Part shown: one piece after another, positions 26,228 to 40,387 of the stretch
Layout: each line of letters starts with the position of its first letter
Position numbering within the stretch: position 1 is the stretch's first letter
Assembly: GCF_006345805.1 (NCBI RefSeq)
Contig: NC_043002.1
Location: 65,100,001-65,164,000 of the forward strand
Length of the DNA stretch: 64,000 nucleotides
From: Octopus sinensis
Lineage: Eukaryota
Direction of reading: 5' to 3'
Notes under the pieces: generated by a model
Seen by the model: the letters and a program-made list of their open reading frames with translations, nothing else
Databases searched by the model: none
What the model was told of the DNA's origin: nothing
Program-made: the position numbers and the translations under genes

Positions 26228-26780
26228 AATTACATACCAACATAAGGTGCCTGCTGTGTCCAAACAGCGATTGAACATTGATTCTTTGTCGTTTATCTAT
26301 CCTGGACACCTGAACAAACGTTCCTTTTGATTTTTACGAGAATGTTCCAGTAAAGATTACGACGATGCATTGTTTAAGATTCTATTTACCGTTGGAGGAA
26401 GAAAAAAAAGTCATGAATATAACGCGAATACGATATTATTACATAGACATGTATATTTTTGCTTTACCATTGTTGTGCAACTCTGTCTTTTGTGTTCGTC
26501 TGTTTGGTGAGTGTCTACATATACGAACTGAAATTGGTAATGAATGAAAGTATAAAAGTTTTACTGAATCAAAGAATAAATGAATGACGGAATGAATTTG
26601 CAATGAGTCTCTCTTAATGATTTCTCTTGCCTCCGTATATACATACATTATTGGTATGTGCGTGCGTGCGTGTGTTTGTGTATATGTATGCATACATATT
26701 TTTGACTTATATATATACATACATATATATATATATATGATGTTATACATACACATATATATATGTAGATACATAAATAT

Positions 26781-26818
<38 letters not shown>

Positions 26819-27785
26819 CATACATGTGTATGTGTGTGTGTACCATAGCATTTTTGGTCTTTTTGGTATGTTCCAAATATCTATCCTGTTATTCAGCGGT
26901 CTCTTTAGCTACGTAAGTCATATCTTTATTCACTTATTCTCTCTCACACCATTTCCGCCTTTCTTCTTTTTTATTTCTTTCTCTACACCCCCACCCTCTC
27001 TCTCTCTCACTCTCCTGCTCCCCTTCTGTCTCCCTCTCCCGCTCCCCTTTCTCTCTTGTTCTCTCTCATTTTCTCTATTTAACATTCTTGTTATTCTACT
27101 TATCAGCCTTGTTTGATCACGTAACACCAAAATCTATTTAATATCATATTCATGAAACGCGCGCGCGCGTGTGTGTCTACATGTCTCTTTTACGTATCTA
27201 CGCATGTATGTATATGAATATGAATATGTATATGTATAGGCCTGTATGGTTTTATAGACATTATATATACATACATACATATACACATTCATATATGTGA
27301 TTATGCATACATATTATACATACATATACATTTTTATGTGTAGGTATTGTTATATATACATTACCCGCCAAGTATATATTTATATGTGTGTATATATGTA
27401 TGCATACATGTATGTATGTACGGTATGTATATATATTTGTAAGCATATATATATGTATATGCCTTCATGTATGTTAGTATAAGTGTGTTTATGTCAGTAT
27501 ATGTGTGTGTATTTTCTATGCTTATCTGGTAATAAATATAATGCTACGTTTTCCAGATCTATAAATGAATTGTCACATTTGTTGAATACCGAATCACTTA
27601 AATATGTAAATATGTACGTATTTATAATTCTTCTCTACTTGCAGTCAACACTATCTCTATTGGTAGATATTAGCTTTTGTTTAATATCTGAGCAAATAAT
27701 CATTATTATTCCTGAATATATCTAACTGATCACACATCGGCAAATAGTGTTTTATACATGTGAATGTCTTTTAAGATACACACAC

Positions 27786-27863
<78 letters not shown>

Positions 27864-27870
27864 CATGTGT
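25790..27870. repeat. Microsatellite-rich block (TA, TG, TATG) with a polypyrimidine tract at ~26920-27080
   Basis: Directly visible runs. Confidence 0.85.
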
Positions 27871-28207
27871 GTGTGTGTGTTAATGTTAGTTTTATGTTAA
27901 ATTATATATAAATCATTTTAACGTTAAACTGAAGAATTAGTTTATACTTCTTACTAGAGTATATATTTATTAAGCATTTAAAATTACAATGTTGACAATG
28001 ACTTCGAAGTGTGCGCCGGCTAGCCTTCGTCAGACTGCTCTAAGCTACAATCGCTATCTGGAGAAGGGTAAAATACGTTACTGAGGAAACAGTCGAATAA
28101 TATCTTACTTCATAATAAAAGAGTTAAACAAGATTTAAGAAATTGTCACCGAATATACGTTTTGTCATATCTCTATACACTGTTCACAAATATCATATTA
28201 AGCACAT

Positions 28208-28543
28208 TAAAGGTAAAGACCCCCTTCGGTCATGAATGACCATGGGATTGCGCCTAGAAAGTTACCCTCCTAGACACAAGTCCGGGCAAGGTTGTTTATG
28301 GAAGGCCAGCAGTCGCCCATGCATACCAGCCTCCCCTCTCCACGCCACCAGTGTTATCCAAGGGAAAGACAAAGGTCGATACAGCTTGACACCAGTGACG
28401 TCGCAACTCATTTCTACAGCTGAGTGAACTGGAGCAACGTGAAATAAAGTGCCTTGCTCGAGAACACAACACGCAGCCCGGTCCGGGATTCGAGCTCACA
28501 ACCTCACGATCGTAAGTTCGACGCTCTAACCAATGAGCCATGC
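28208..28543 (-). mobile_element. SINE family C
   Basis: Minus-strand head GCATGGCTCATTGGTTAGAGCGTCGAACTTACGATCGTGAGGTTGTGAGCTCGAATCCCGG; body shared with 64-365. Confidence 0.85.
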
Positions 28544-28559
28544 TACCGAAAGATATATA

Positions 28560-29580
28560 CGAACATCGGCCGAAAGTCTAACCCGGAATCCCTAAGAACT
28601 ATAGTACTACGGATAACATATGCACAGTAAGACAGCTTATACTACGAAAAGACCATCGAAAAATGTCAATATGAAGTCAGTACTGAAATCTCTGGAAATG
28701 CAATATGTCGAGGCGCAATACACCACTCTGCTCAGGGATGCATACTCATTGTTGAAAGCTGATGTAACTCTACTGGCACCACCCTTAGAATTTCTGTTTA
28801 GAAAGGCCGTCATTGAAGGAGATACAATCTCTACAAATCTGTCTGCCGCATATTTATAAATGATAATAAAAGTCATTGAGTGTCTGTTGGTGTGAACACC
28901 AACAAGAAGCTAGTAACACAACTGAGATTCGGAAATGACATCATACTCATCGCCGAAACAAATGCATACACATATCGTCTGCAACTCTATGTGGATCGGG
29001 TTAAACACCCATAGCTCAGCAGGTGACATGAAAATGAACCCCCATGAAACCAAAATATATGTAGAAGGTTATGAAATTGCAGAGGAAACGGTTACATCTT
29101 GTGATCACAGTGAATATGCACTTGGACACTGACGCTGCACTCTCACGGGGAATATGTATAGGATGAAGCAAACTTGGACAAGACCCTACGTGTCAGTTTC
29201 TTTAATGGTACTGTCCTAATTGCGCCCTTATATGTAAGTGGAATGTGGGCTTCTACGAAGAGAGAACATGGGATGGCTAAAATGCCAGGAGTGGTATAAA
29301 AAACCATGCTAAAAATATCATATCAGGAATATATCCAACGTGAAGTAGCCCGAGAATGGAGCCGAGTGAATGACGGGATCAGAGAATAGCAAAAATCACA
29401 AGTTTCCTGGGCTGGATAAGTTATTAGGATTGCAGAAAATACTTAGACACGGGCATTTTCCACGTAGTATCTAAGAGATCGGAAAATGAGGACATATCAC
29501 TTGAAAGCCGCCACGAAATTAGAAAGCACTTCTATGAAACGATTTAGGCTGGATGGAAAAGGAAGGTACGTTAAAGAAAG
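28560..29580 (+). mobile_element. Heavily decayed RTE-clade LINE RT fragment
   Basis: Across frameshifts: YSTTDNICTVRQLI, ..EGDTIS, LRFGNDIILIAET (LRFADD), MN..ETK, F.GTVL...LYVSGMWA, and a WAG-like motif. Confidence 0.65.
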
Positions 29581-29648
29581 AATTACAAGCGCATTGTCAC
29601 TAGAGGTGTATAATTGTATATCCAATTGTCTGCTCGCTACAGGTGATA

Positions 29649-29680
<32 letters not shown>

Positions 29681-29744
29681 GATGCAGCATATATATTTGG
29701 GAAATTAGAAAGGGATATAGACAATAATAAAAAAAAATGTAAAT

Positions 29745-30062
29745 TGTCGGGTTCAGTCCCACTGCGTCGCACCTTGGGAAAGTGTTTTCTACTATTGCCT
29801 CGGCCTTGTGAGTGAATTTGGTAGACGGAAACTGAAAGAAGTCCGTCGCATATATGTATATTTATATGTGTGTATGTGTGTGTATATGTTTGTGTGTCTG
29901 TGTTCGTCCCCCCCAACATCGCTTGACAACCGATGGTGGTGTGTTTTCAAAAGACACCGCTAGAATAAGCACTAAGCTTACAAAGAATAGGTCCTGAAGC
30001 ACCGACTAAGGCGGTGCTCCAGCATGGCCGCAGTCAAATGACTGAAACAAGTAAAAGAGTAG
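29745..30062 (+). mobile_element. SINE family A (head truncated)
   Basis: GGGTTCAGTCCCACTGCG...GGTAGACGGAAACTGAAAGAAG, internal microsatellite, tail CAAGTAAAAGAG. Confidence 0.85.
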
Positions 30063-31359
30063 AAGCATTAGAAAATAGCAGGGAATGTTGTTCTCATGGA
30101 ATGTAGTTAAGAAAGGACAAGGGACAGGTGAGTAAATGCAATTATAAAGTGCATTTGTGCCTGGAAATAAACTTAACGTAAAATGATATTTGTGTGCTAT
30201 TGTAGCGAATATATGAATATACATATAGAGAGTAAGTTCGGTGTTAGTGTGTGAATATCTTTAATTTTAAAGGCGGGGTCTAAAGGTGAGTAAGGGGGAA
30301 AGATGCGTGAGAATAAATATATTGGTGAAGTACTCTGAAAACTTGAACTTGAAATTAAATATTTCATATTAAGCCTATTATTTCACATAATTCGACTCTA
30401 TCAGAAATACCTCAAGAGGTTCTCTAAGATGTTCCACCTCAAAACAAAAGAGTAGACGTCTGTTATGTTTAATTATGTTCATATCAATAATTCTAATTGT
30501 CAAGAATCTACTCCTGAAAACTAAACTTTATTGTAAAAGCGATTTGGTTATGCTAGATAAAATTCTATATGATTGCAAATTTACATCTACGTTTCTAATT
30601 GATATCATTAAACAACTTAATGAGGGTGGTGATATTATTCTAAATGGATTGACTATCGATTTGCTTTATGCTACACTTAATCGAATCAAAGATGGTTTTG
30701 CTAATTTTACCTAATTCACATTTAGCTGAGTTTAAATGTCAGCAAGGTGGGAGAGGATGCTGCCAGAGAATTATTTTTGTACATGCTACAAATCGCAGGA
30801 GATTAATCTATTTTGATGTTATCCTCTATTTTGAGGACAATATCTACTAATTGGGTTTCTTTGTTAAGTAAATTGCAAGCGCCGGGTTTGTTTTCTCATA
30901 AGTTATCAAGATAATGATTAAGAGAAACCTTATATAGTTAGGAAAATCTCACACATGTGTACTTATTTAATTTTTTTGTTTTGTTAAGATGATAGTCTAT
31001 GATAGATTCTTGTTAATACAAATTGTATTATGTTCCACATTTCAATGAATTGCTAAATACATAGCACTTTCGCAGGACTTAGGCTATTTTTGCCCAGTAT
31101 ATCAGCGTGAATTGTGTTATCGGCTTCTAATCCTGTATTTCCGCATATTGCTCTATATTTAAAAACAGTTAATAGAAACACACCATTATTCAACACAACA
31201 CTCTACAAGAACAATTAAAGATGGAATCATTACTTTCAATGCAGTCTCAACGCAGAATTACACACATAAACTCACATAATTGCACAGTTATAGAATATAT
31301 AAATATACAATAAACACATATATGATTATATATATATATATATTTGTGTGCATATATAT

Positions 31360-31560
31360 CTATCTAACTATATATATATATATTATATAAAATCCGTTCT
31401 GTGTGTGTCTTCTAGGATCTCGGGCATCCTCCATCCGATTGCGCTCAAATTTGATATGTAGATACCGACGGTAACAGGGCGTGCATTATACGTTTTGAAA
31501 AAATTACAAAAATCGATTCCATGTGAGAATGCGATCGTTAAAACCATTTTGTCCTCCTTT
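31360..31560 (+). mobile_element. Possible non-autonomous Helitron-like (DINE/HINE-type) 5' segment
   Basis: TATATAAAATCCGTTCTGTGTGTGTC..GATCTCGGG..CCGATTGCGCTCAAATTTG resembles this element class; the 3' end was not identified. Confidence 0.3.
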
Positions 31561-31925
31561 TCTTCCGTCAACCTGTACATAATTGTAGCTTCCATATTTT
31601 GTTGTTTTTGTACTGCTTGAAGGCACGTTTCTTTCCTGCCAAGCTTACTGTTTAAACCATGTTTGTGTTCTCCCAGTCAACAGCCTTATTACTGGTACTT
31701 TAAACTCCTCGGTTGCATATTTCTGTGAATTAACTCGTTTTTCTTTGGAATAGAAAAAAAAGTCTATCTTTATTTCTTCTTTTGCTGGCGTCTCAAATTT
31801 AGATTAAATCAGTGTTTCTCAAAGAAGAGGCCCATGAGACGGTCGGACAAGTTGTTATGAGAAAATTTGGTTTAAATGTTTGACAACTCAGCACCGTCCA
31901 TTGGACGGGGGGCGTTTTGGTCGTG

Positions 31926-31957
<32 letters not shown>

Positions 31958-32505
31958 TGTATGTATGTATGTATGTATGTATGTATGTATGTATATATGT
32001 ATGTATGTGTGTGTATGTATGTGTGTGTATGTATGTATGTATGTATGTATGTATGAATGCATGTATGTATGTACGTACGTATGTATGTATGTATGTATGT
32101 ATGTATGTATGTATGTATGTATGTGTGTGTGTATGTATGTATATGTAACATGCACGACTCCTAGACAAATTAATATTTGGATGATAATGTATTAATCAAT
32201 CGGCTAAACTATAAGATAACGAAAATTTGCCTACACTGACCAAAGATGCTTTGACTAGTGTCACTAAAGAGATTAAATTACATTTAAGCAACACGTGATA
32301 TTCTCTGGTATATGAGCGTCTAGACGTTGAGAATAGATTTCGGAACATCACTATTCCAAACAAACGATGATATTATGACGAAACAGGAACGAATTACGAA
32401 AAGTTATAAAACTCCGACACGGCTGTGGTTTCAACAGGTATATACATGTGTATGGTGGCTGTTTATGTGAGTATGAGAGGTCATGTGTGTGTATACATAC
32501 ATACA

Positions 32506-32562
<57 letters not shown>

Positions 32563-32654
32563 GCATATATACACATATATATTTTACCTATTATATTTCA
32601 TATACATATTAATTAGACAAACACACATTTATATATGCAAGTAAATGCATGCTT

Positions 32655-32915
32655 ATGTGTATGTATATATATATAAATATATGCATACATTTATGTGTGT
32701 GTGACTTTGTGTCGGTGTTTGCCCCTCCTCACCACCGCTTGACAATCTATCTTGCTGTTTACGTCCGCATAACTCAGCAGTTCGGTAAAATAGACCAGTA
32801 GAATAACTACTAGGCTTACAAATAATAAGTCCTAGGGTCACTTTCTTCCACTAAACCCCTTTAATGCGGTGCTCCAGTGTGGCCGCAGTTAAGTGACTGA
32901 AGCAAATAAAATAAT
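32655..32915 (+). mobile_element. SINE family A, 3' half
   Basis: CACCGCTTGACAA..GTTTACGTCC..TACTAGGCTTACAAA..GCGGTGCTCCAG..GACTGAAGCAA. Confidence 0.75.
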
Positions 32916-32966
32916 AGAAGAATACATACATGTACATATTTATATATAGACATATGTATATATATA

Positions 32967-33018
<52 letters not shown>

Positions 33019-33414
33019 TATATATATATATATGCATATATATGTATATATATATGCATATATATGTATATATAGGCATATATATGTATGTATGCATGTG
33101 TGTGTTTCTGTATATGTATGTGGGGAAGGGTTTAATTAGTACACATCCATGCAGATATATCAATATATATCTACATCGATACACACAAACACATATATAT
33201 ACGCGTGTCTGTATATAAATGTGTGTGTGTGTGTTGTGGATCTGTATCTTTCTCTATGTGTGTTTCTATCTATCTATACATATATATATAGATACACACA
33301 AATATACACATATAAACAAATATATAGAGAGAGAGGAATACATATACATATGTATGTATATACAGACACACACACATACACACACATATATATGTATATA
33401 CATACACATATACA

Positions 33415-33480
<66 letters not shown>

Positions 33481-34774
33481 TGTATGTATGTATGTATTCA
33501 TTTGAGTGTGAACGATAATGCATTTTCATTTTAATCATTCCAATAGATTAACACATTTATATGAATGGATCTTTTATAAGTTAAGTAAGAAGTCGCCATT
33601 TGCGCTTACGCATTTCCTTTAAACATTGTCGATTTCAAACGCATTATAAATACATTTCATGTGATTCCAACCCTTTATGTTTGTGTTATGTAATCTACCG
33701 TTGAAGATTTTGAGTTTATTTTAGAATTCCAATTTATTAATCACACTTTCCCTCGACAGTTCCATAGTTTCGAAACAACTTTGTTTACTTAGTGTTTTGA
33801 ATTATTTCCATCGAATTTAAATTTTAATCTTTATTTTACGATTTCTTCGTGGTAATAACATGAAGTAAATTGAGATGGCAACAAGATTGAAACAACTACA
33901 CGACATCGGAAACGTTTAAGTCAAAGTTTTTCCATTAACCTTCATTTCGAAATATAAGCGTTCGATCAATATTATTGCTACCAAGAAGAAAGAGATTAAA
34001 GAATTTCGTATTAGAGTAAGGTTGCAGGATGTGGAATACAAAGTAGAGAAGCGAAAATAAATATAACTAAGAGAAAAGAAAAGAAAAATAGCAATGACAA
34101 AATTTGATGAGTGAGGCAAAACATCTAAAGTTTAACATTTATAGAAGAGAACTTGCTCAAACAATAAATATACAAATGAACATCTGAAAAAAAATAAAAC
34201 AAACAAACAATATTCTCGCAGCTTCTTTCTAACGTCACACATCAGACACAGTTGCGATGGAAATATTGTCTTAAGCTAACCTCGTAGACAAAAACCCAAA
34301 AATAAATAAATAATTACAACAAAAATAGTATCCAATGCATGAACATAGAACGATATGTAAATTAAATATATAAGCTATAGAAGAATAAAATATTCAGTAG
34401 GAGTTTTGATCCGATTAATACACTTTACTGTGTAAGGGATAAAATCATGCGTATGACGTGTTTTCGAGCAACGAATAGACTCCACGTGGTGTTTAACACG
34501 TCTATATTATAGTTTGCGAACAAACGGACAAACTCCCGCTCACACACACACACACTTATGTGAATGTGTAGTAACAAGCTTACTTTCCAGTCACATGGTT
34601 CCGGGTTCAGTCCTCCTGCGTGCACCTTGGGCAAGTTTCCTCTACTATAGTCCTCAACAACATAAGCCTTGTGAAAGGATTTAGTAGATGAAAACTGAAA
34701 GAAGTCCGTCATATATACGTGTGTATATACATATGTATGCATGTATACAAACACATATATATATAGATATACAT

Positions 34775-34826
<52 letters not shown>

Positions 34827-35078
34827 ATATATATAATTAATTAAGGGTAGAAATTGATATTTATCATTAAGACCAGTGGTCTAGCATATTAAAAAAGAAT
34901 CCGAAGATTAAAATATTTATATATACCAATTAAGGACTGAACACGAAAAGTGGACAGTCAACATGCCAGATATAGACGTCAAATCGCCATTCACCACAAA
35001 AGATTATGTTCTCAGATCAAACTCAACACAAAACCATAGCAATAAACAAGTGAAAAATATACGAAATAAAATAATTAC

Positions 35079-35143
35079 CCATGTACTAAATTAGTTTCAG
35101 CTGTTATTTTCCGCAAGGAAAACTGCAGCCATCATCAGCATGG
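35079..35143 (-). ncRNA. Type I hammerhead ribozyme, copy 1
   Basis: Minus strand: CCAUG-CUGAUGA-U-GGCUG[CA GUUUUCC UUGC GGAAAAU AA]CAGCU-GAAA-CUAAUUUAG-UA-CAUGG. GUA cleavage between 35084 and 35083. Confidence 0.8.
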
Positions 35144-35585
35144 TCCTTTATAAATGTAATTTGATGGACTAGATGCAAACACGATACCGAAATATCGCGT
35201 GCATGGAGTTCAGCCTATTACATTAGAATATATCTTTCAAATGCCTCTACTTTGGCGCGTTGGAACCCGAGAAAATTAGCCTGCAGCTAATAACTAGCAG
35301 CAGTTAATTTATCGGTTAGAGAACATATTTATTTATATAAAATTAATTAAGGGTAGAAATTGATATTTATCAATTAAGACCAGTGGTCTAGCATATTAAA
35401 AAAGAATCCGAAGATTAAAATATTTATATATACCAATTAAGGACTGAACACGAAAAGTGGACAGTCAACATGCTAGATATAGACGTCAAATCGCCATTCA
35501 CCACAAAAGATTATGTTCTCAGATCAAACTCAACACAAAACCATAGCAATAAACAAGTGAAAAATATACGAAATAAAATAATTAC

Positions 35586-35650
35586 CCATGTACTAAATTA
35601 GTTTCAGCTGTTATTTTCCGCAAGGAAAACTGCAGCCATCATCAGCATGG
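35586..35650 (-). ncRNA. Type I hammerhead ribozyme, copy 2
   Basis: Identical to copy 1; cleavage between 35591 and 35590, 507 nt from copy 1. Confidence 0.8.
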
Positions 35651-35945
35651 TCCGTTATAAATGTAATTTGATGGACTAGATGCAAACACGATACCGAAAT
35701 ATCGCGTGCATGGAGTTCAGCCTATTACATTAGAATATATCTTTCAAATGCCTCTACTTTGGCGCGTTGGAACCCGAACTAATTTAGTACATGGGTAATT
35801 ATTTTATTTCGTATATTTTTCACTTGTTTATTGCTATGGTTTTGTGTTGAGTTTGATCTGAGAACATAATCTTTTGTGGTGAATGGCGATTTGACGTCTA
35901 TATCTAGCATGTTGACTGTCCACTTTTCGTGTTCAGTCCTTAATT

Positions 35946-35984
<39 letters not shown>

Positions 35985-35993
35985 TAATATATG

Positions 35994-36115
<122 letters not shown>

Positions 36116-36257
36116 AGGGGAGTAGTGCAAAATTGTGCCTGTGTTTACCCACTAGCACCGGTGTCAGCGTGATTATGTTCCTGTAGATTATTGGTTCGGC
36201 AAAAGTTTGCAATGGAGACTAAAAATTCCTCAAAGTGGTGTCCCAGTATAATATACA

Positions 36258-36401
36258 GCTTGCTTTCCAACCATATGGTTCCGGGTTCAGTCCCACTGCG
36301 TGGCTCCTAGGGCAAGTGTCTTCTACTATAACCTCAGGCTGACCAAAGCCTTGTGAGTGGATTTGGAGGACGGAAACTGAAAGAAGACCGTCGTATATAT
36401 G

Positions 36402-36465
<64 letters not shown>

Positions 36466-36668
36466 TGTGTCTATGTTTGTTCACCCAACATCGCTTGACA
36501 ACAGATGGTGGTGTGTTTACGTCCCCGTAACTTAGCAGTTCAGCAAAAGAGGCCGATATAATAAGTACCAGGCTTACAAAGAATAAGTTCTGGGGTCGAT
36601 TTTCTCGACTAAAGGTGGTGCCCCAGCATGGCCACAATCAAACGACTGAAACAAGTCAAAGAGTAAAG
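36258..36668 (+). mobile_element. SINE family A, near full length
   Basis: Head, internal (TA)(TG) tract 36395-36470 and tail GACTGAAACAAGTCAAAGAGTAAAGAG. Confidence 0.88.
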
Positions 36669-37049
36669 AGCATATATATATATATATATATATATCAATA
36701 ATAATAAAGAGTAAAATTAATTAATTAATTAGTAATTAATAATTTTACCAAGTAGTGTTCAGCATGTTAAAAGTACCATTTACGGTAAACTTAAAAACTA
36801 CTTTATATAACTATGAGTATAATTATAATTAGGGTTCAGCAAAAAATTTGCTTTGCTACATACCGAACTTTTAGAAATAGCAGCCAAAGAACCTAGCTAT
36901 TTCTTCTAATATAAGAAGAATCTCCCAGACAATGTATACTCAAAAACAATTCACGTAAGGCATAGATGAAAAAATAGCGACAATTCATCTGGCATTTGAT
37001 TACTTGTGGACGCGTAACTCAGAAACGCGTCCATTTCTCTATATAGTTT

Positions 37050-37534
37050 TCTTCCCTTCCTTTTCAATGCACTTGGTCCACAAGGTTGCCTATTCCCTCC
37101 AAGAAGGTTTTCGGTTTGCCATGCAACCATTTATGCATTTATGTCAGTGGTGGAGATAACATACGTCCGCCTCCCTCTTTGTGTGTGACGCTTGTCCGGC
37201 CATTTTTAAGCTTCTCGGTCCACTCATACTCATTTCTACGTGGTAATGCACTGTCCCCGTATTGTGCTAAAAGCTTCCATTGGATTTCAGCGCCCGACAC
37301 ACTGTCCGACCAGAGAAATCGGCTCACTGCTCTTTGTTCTTCTTTGGTGAAAATTTCTAGTGGAGCCGCCAAGCTTACACTGTAAGGCCAGAAAGTAAAA
37401 TGGCATGATCAGTCTCAAACTTCGATCACGTGACTACAATAGTATCAACTATAAGCACGCATGCGCAGAAGGTTGTGTGAAAATAATAAAGATATGTTAT
37501 GATGAAAATGCAGATAACTTTTGACTTACGTTCA
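37050..37534 (-). mobile_element. Internally deleted mariner element
   Basis: ORF 37139-37372 EQRAVSRFLW...EIQWKL..QYG...EW.EKLKNGR.SV (transposase HTH) is joined to C-terminal KWLHGKPKTF.EGIGNLV; TIR-like end at ~37510-37534 next to TA. Confidence 0.8.
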
Positions 37535-38559
37535 TATGTATGTACATGTATGTCATGACTCAGTTTATGTCAAGATTTCTTGCCAATAAAGATAGAACCG
37601 GTTTCCAACCTGGAGCAGGGCTCTTTCATAGGAATTTTAACATCAACAACAGGATATTTTTGTATGTATGTATGTAGTATGTATGTATGTATGTATGTAT
37701 GTATGTATGTATGTATGTATGTTTGTATGTGAAGATTTGTATGTCTTATGTGTGTAATCTCATGCATATAGTTGCATATCTAGACATGCTCATATAAATT
37801 TAAATGATAAACTTCTGGAAAGTTTTACAGACTTTTGCAGTTGCCTTACAGAGCAGAAATAAATGTTCGCTGCTGCTCATTACGTAGGGGCTAGAATATG
37901 AGCAAAATGTGTTCCTACAACACTTAATTAGGGACAATTCTCTTCTGATATTCTAGGTATGTGATGTGGCATAAATCTGTACACACACATACACAAACAC
38001 ACACACACACACACCTCATATTTCTGGGGTCGATAAAAGAGGATTCATTCTATATATCTGCATTTATGTACACAAGTTAAGACTTGAGCTGACAGAACAC
38101 CGTAGCTGCTGCTGCTGCTGATGTTGTTTAATAACCATAGTGACCCATCATACATAAAAGCAAAATGTTTTAGTGGACAGGATACTGAACTACTCTTCAT
38201 TGATTTTATATTTCAAATCTTTTGAAAGACTTTCCTTGCATGTTTGGGATATCACATTTTATTCTGTCTTAGTTGAATACCAGACTATCAGGGAATATTA
38301 CCTACAATAAATAGTTTCCTATCCAGGTATAACTTGATATGAATGTAACATTATATAACTTGACTAGAGATCCTTTTTTTTTCAATTTTATAGTAGTCTA
38401 ACTGGCAGATATATGGAATGAATCAAATGAACTTGATCCTCCGAGGAAAAGATGCATGCTATGCAAATCTCTATAATTATACTTATTTTGAATATAGGCA
38501 CTCGTTCACAAAACTGTGAATTTTAATAGTAATTTCATTGACTTTATTAACTACATAGG

Positions 38560-38770
38560 GGGTTATCTAGCTGAATTGCCCAACGGAAAACATGCTTAGT
38601 GGCATTTCGTTCGTCTTTGCATTCTAAGTTCTAATGCCACCTAGATCGACGTTGCCTTTCATCATTTTGAAGTTGATGAATTAAGTACCAGTTGCACATT
38701 TGGGTCGATGTAATCGACTTTACCCTCCACACCAAAATTTCAGGTATTGTACCTGTTGTAGAAAGGATTA
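38560..38770 (+). mobile_element. Diverged SINE family B
   Basis: GGCATTTCGTTCG..TTCTAAGTTCTAAT..GCCTTTCATCATTT..GTACCAGT..GGTCGATGTAATCGACT; a second fragment lies at ~38870-38990. Confidence 0.65.
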
Positions 38771-40387
38771 ATTATCTACACCATAAAGCTTTGAGATGGA
38801 AGAATTGGTAACGTGTCAGGAAGATGTCTTGCCTCAGGTGGTATGGTACTTTATAATCTTAGCTGTAATACCTTCGAGGCCAACTTTATCTTATATCTCT
38901 CCTGGATCGATAAAATAATGTATAGGTCCAGTACCGGTACTTCTCCACCTCCTCTCAAATTTTTTGGCTTTATACCACAATTCTAAAATAGTATTTATCA
39001 ATTGTTTCGGAGTCTATAAAATAAAGTACAGATTCATTACCGCTGTCCAATACAATCGTATGACACCCTGCTGGCCCTAACGCTTAATTAGAAACAATTA
39101 TTTATCAACTCCCTGTATTTGAAAAATGCCTTATCAACTTCTCCTTATACACTGGTATTTATTTTATCGGTATTCTCTAATTTCACCGCTTCGCGCGCGC
39201 AAATTTATCGACAACGCAATTTCGTCTGGCAATATTGGCAATATTTAAAATTCAAATTGGAAATTTACATAAATACTAAACGACATTTTCTCCGATGAGC
39301 AACCGATAAAACTAAACGTGAGTGTATGGTTTCACACTTTGAAGGAAATATTTCTTAAATTAGCTTTTTAAGCGCAGATCATCCCTCATTGAACTGTCTT
39401 CTCTTTTTTCCAGATATTGCGTATCAGAGGCCATATTCTCCAATGCATTCTCCTTATTTTATACACCTGTGTGTGCTTCGATAGAGATCATATTACTAAT
39501 TTAGCATCGATAAAATGCACGACTTCGTAGAATTAGCTAGAGTTCTTCTAGAATCCAGCTCTACGCTAAGTTTTCCTTGCTAGCATAGGGTGTCTTACTG
39601 TAGTTGTATAGTGTACTCCCTACTTTATTCTATCATATTCGAAAGCTTACATTTGTACGTTATTTCACTACATAGGTTTTGAATTAAAGAATTGTGTATT
39701 CTTTTAATTGGGAGATCAGCAGTAATTAGATTACAACAGCTATAATTATGAGGAAATGGCTACTTAAAACTAACTACCATTGTTCGGAACGTTGTAAGGT
39801 TTAGCTAACAAGTGAATAGGCATGTTTAGTTACACTTCTCATGGGTCGTTCGAATGTTGTTTAATAAGCATTATAGAAATTGGGAATTTGGAAATGGAGG
39901 GGGTCGTGTGATCCGCGACATTTCGAAAGCAAAATACGAGTCTAATCTTTTAAAAAATGTGTGTATATGTGTATATATATATATAATTAGTAATTTGTAA
40001 GGTATTTCTCCAAAAGTTTACTGATTTCCTCACTGGGAAAAAGGAATTAAACTTTATGCTGTGCCACTTCGTAATAATCTTACTACTATTGATATGTACA
40101 TATGTATGTGTGTGTGGTATGTGTGTGTGTGCATTTATGCCACATCACATGACTGGAATTTCAGAGAATATTTGCGATCTTTCGCAATGAAGATATTCCA
40201 ACCATGTTCTTCATGGAAAAATTGATTGACTTATTAAAGATGGTGGCGTCCAAGTAAAAAGAAACAACTAAAACACACCGATTGGCTGCGTATGAGAGGA
40301 GTTGCAGACCAGCAACCGAAAAGAAAAGAGAAAAAAAACATGCGCATTAAAATAAAGCAGACAGTATTATCGTAGGAAAATGTCAAC

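Larger units (their letters stand above)
34835..35950 (-). repeat. 507-bp tandem repeat (about 1.9 units) plus an inverted partial copy; retrozyme/pLTR-like
   Basis: Units start at 34835 and 35341 (AATTAATTAAGGGTAG). 35778-35950 is the reverse complement of 35430-35602. (TA)n on both sides. Confidence 0.92.

Noticed and set aside
30475-30850. Two overlapping non-repetitive short ORFs
   Set aside because: No recognisable motif or splice signals; length is compatible with chance.
31811-31830. CAGTGTTTCTCAA as a hAT terminal repeat
   Set aside because: No matching inverted end or 8-bp TSD was found nearby.
34835-35950. CRISPR-like or assembly-duplication explanation for the tandem
   Set aside because: There is no repeat-spacer structure, and the units differ by a few substitutions and an indel, which argues against a pure assembly artefact.
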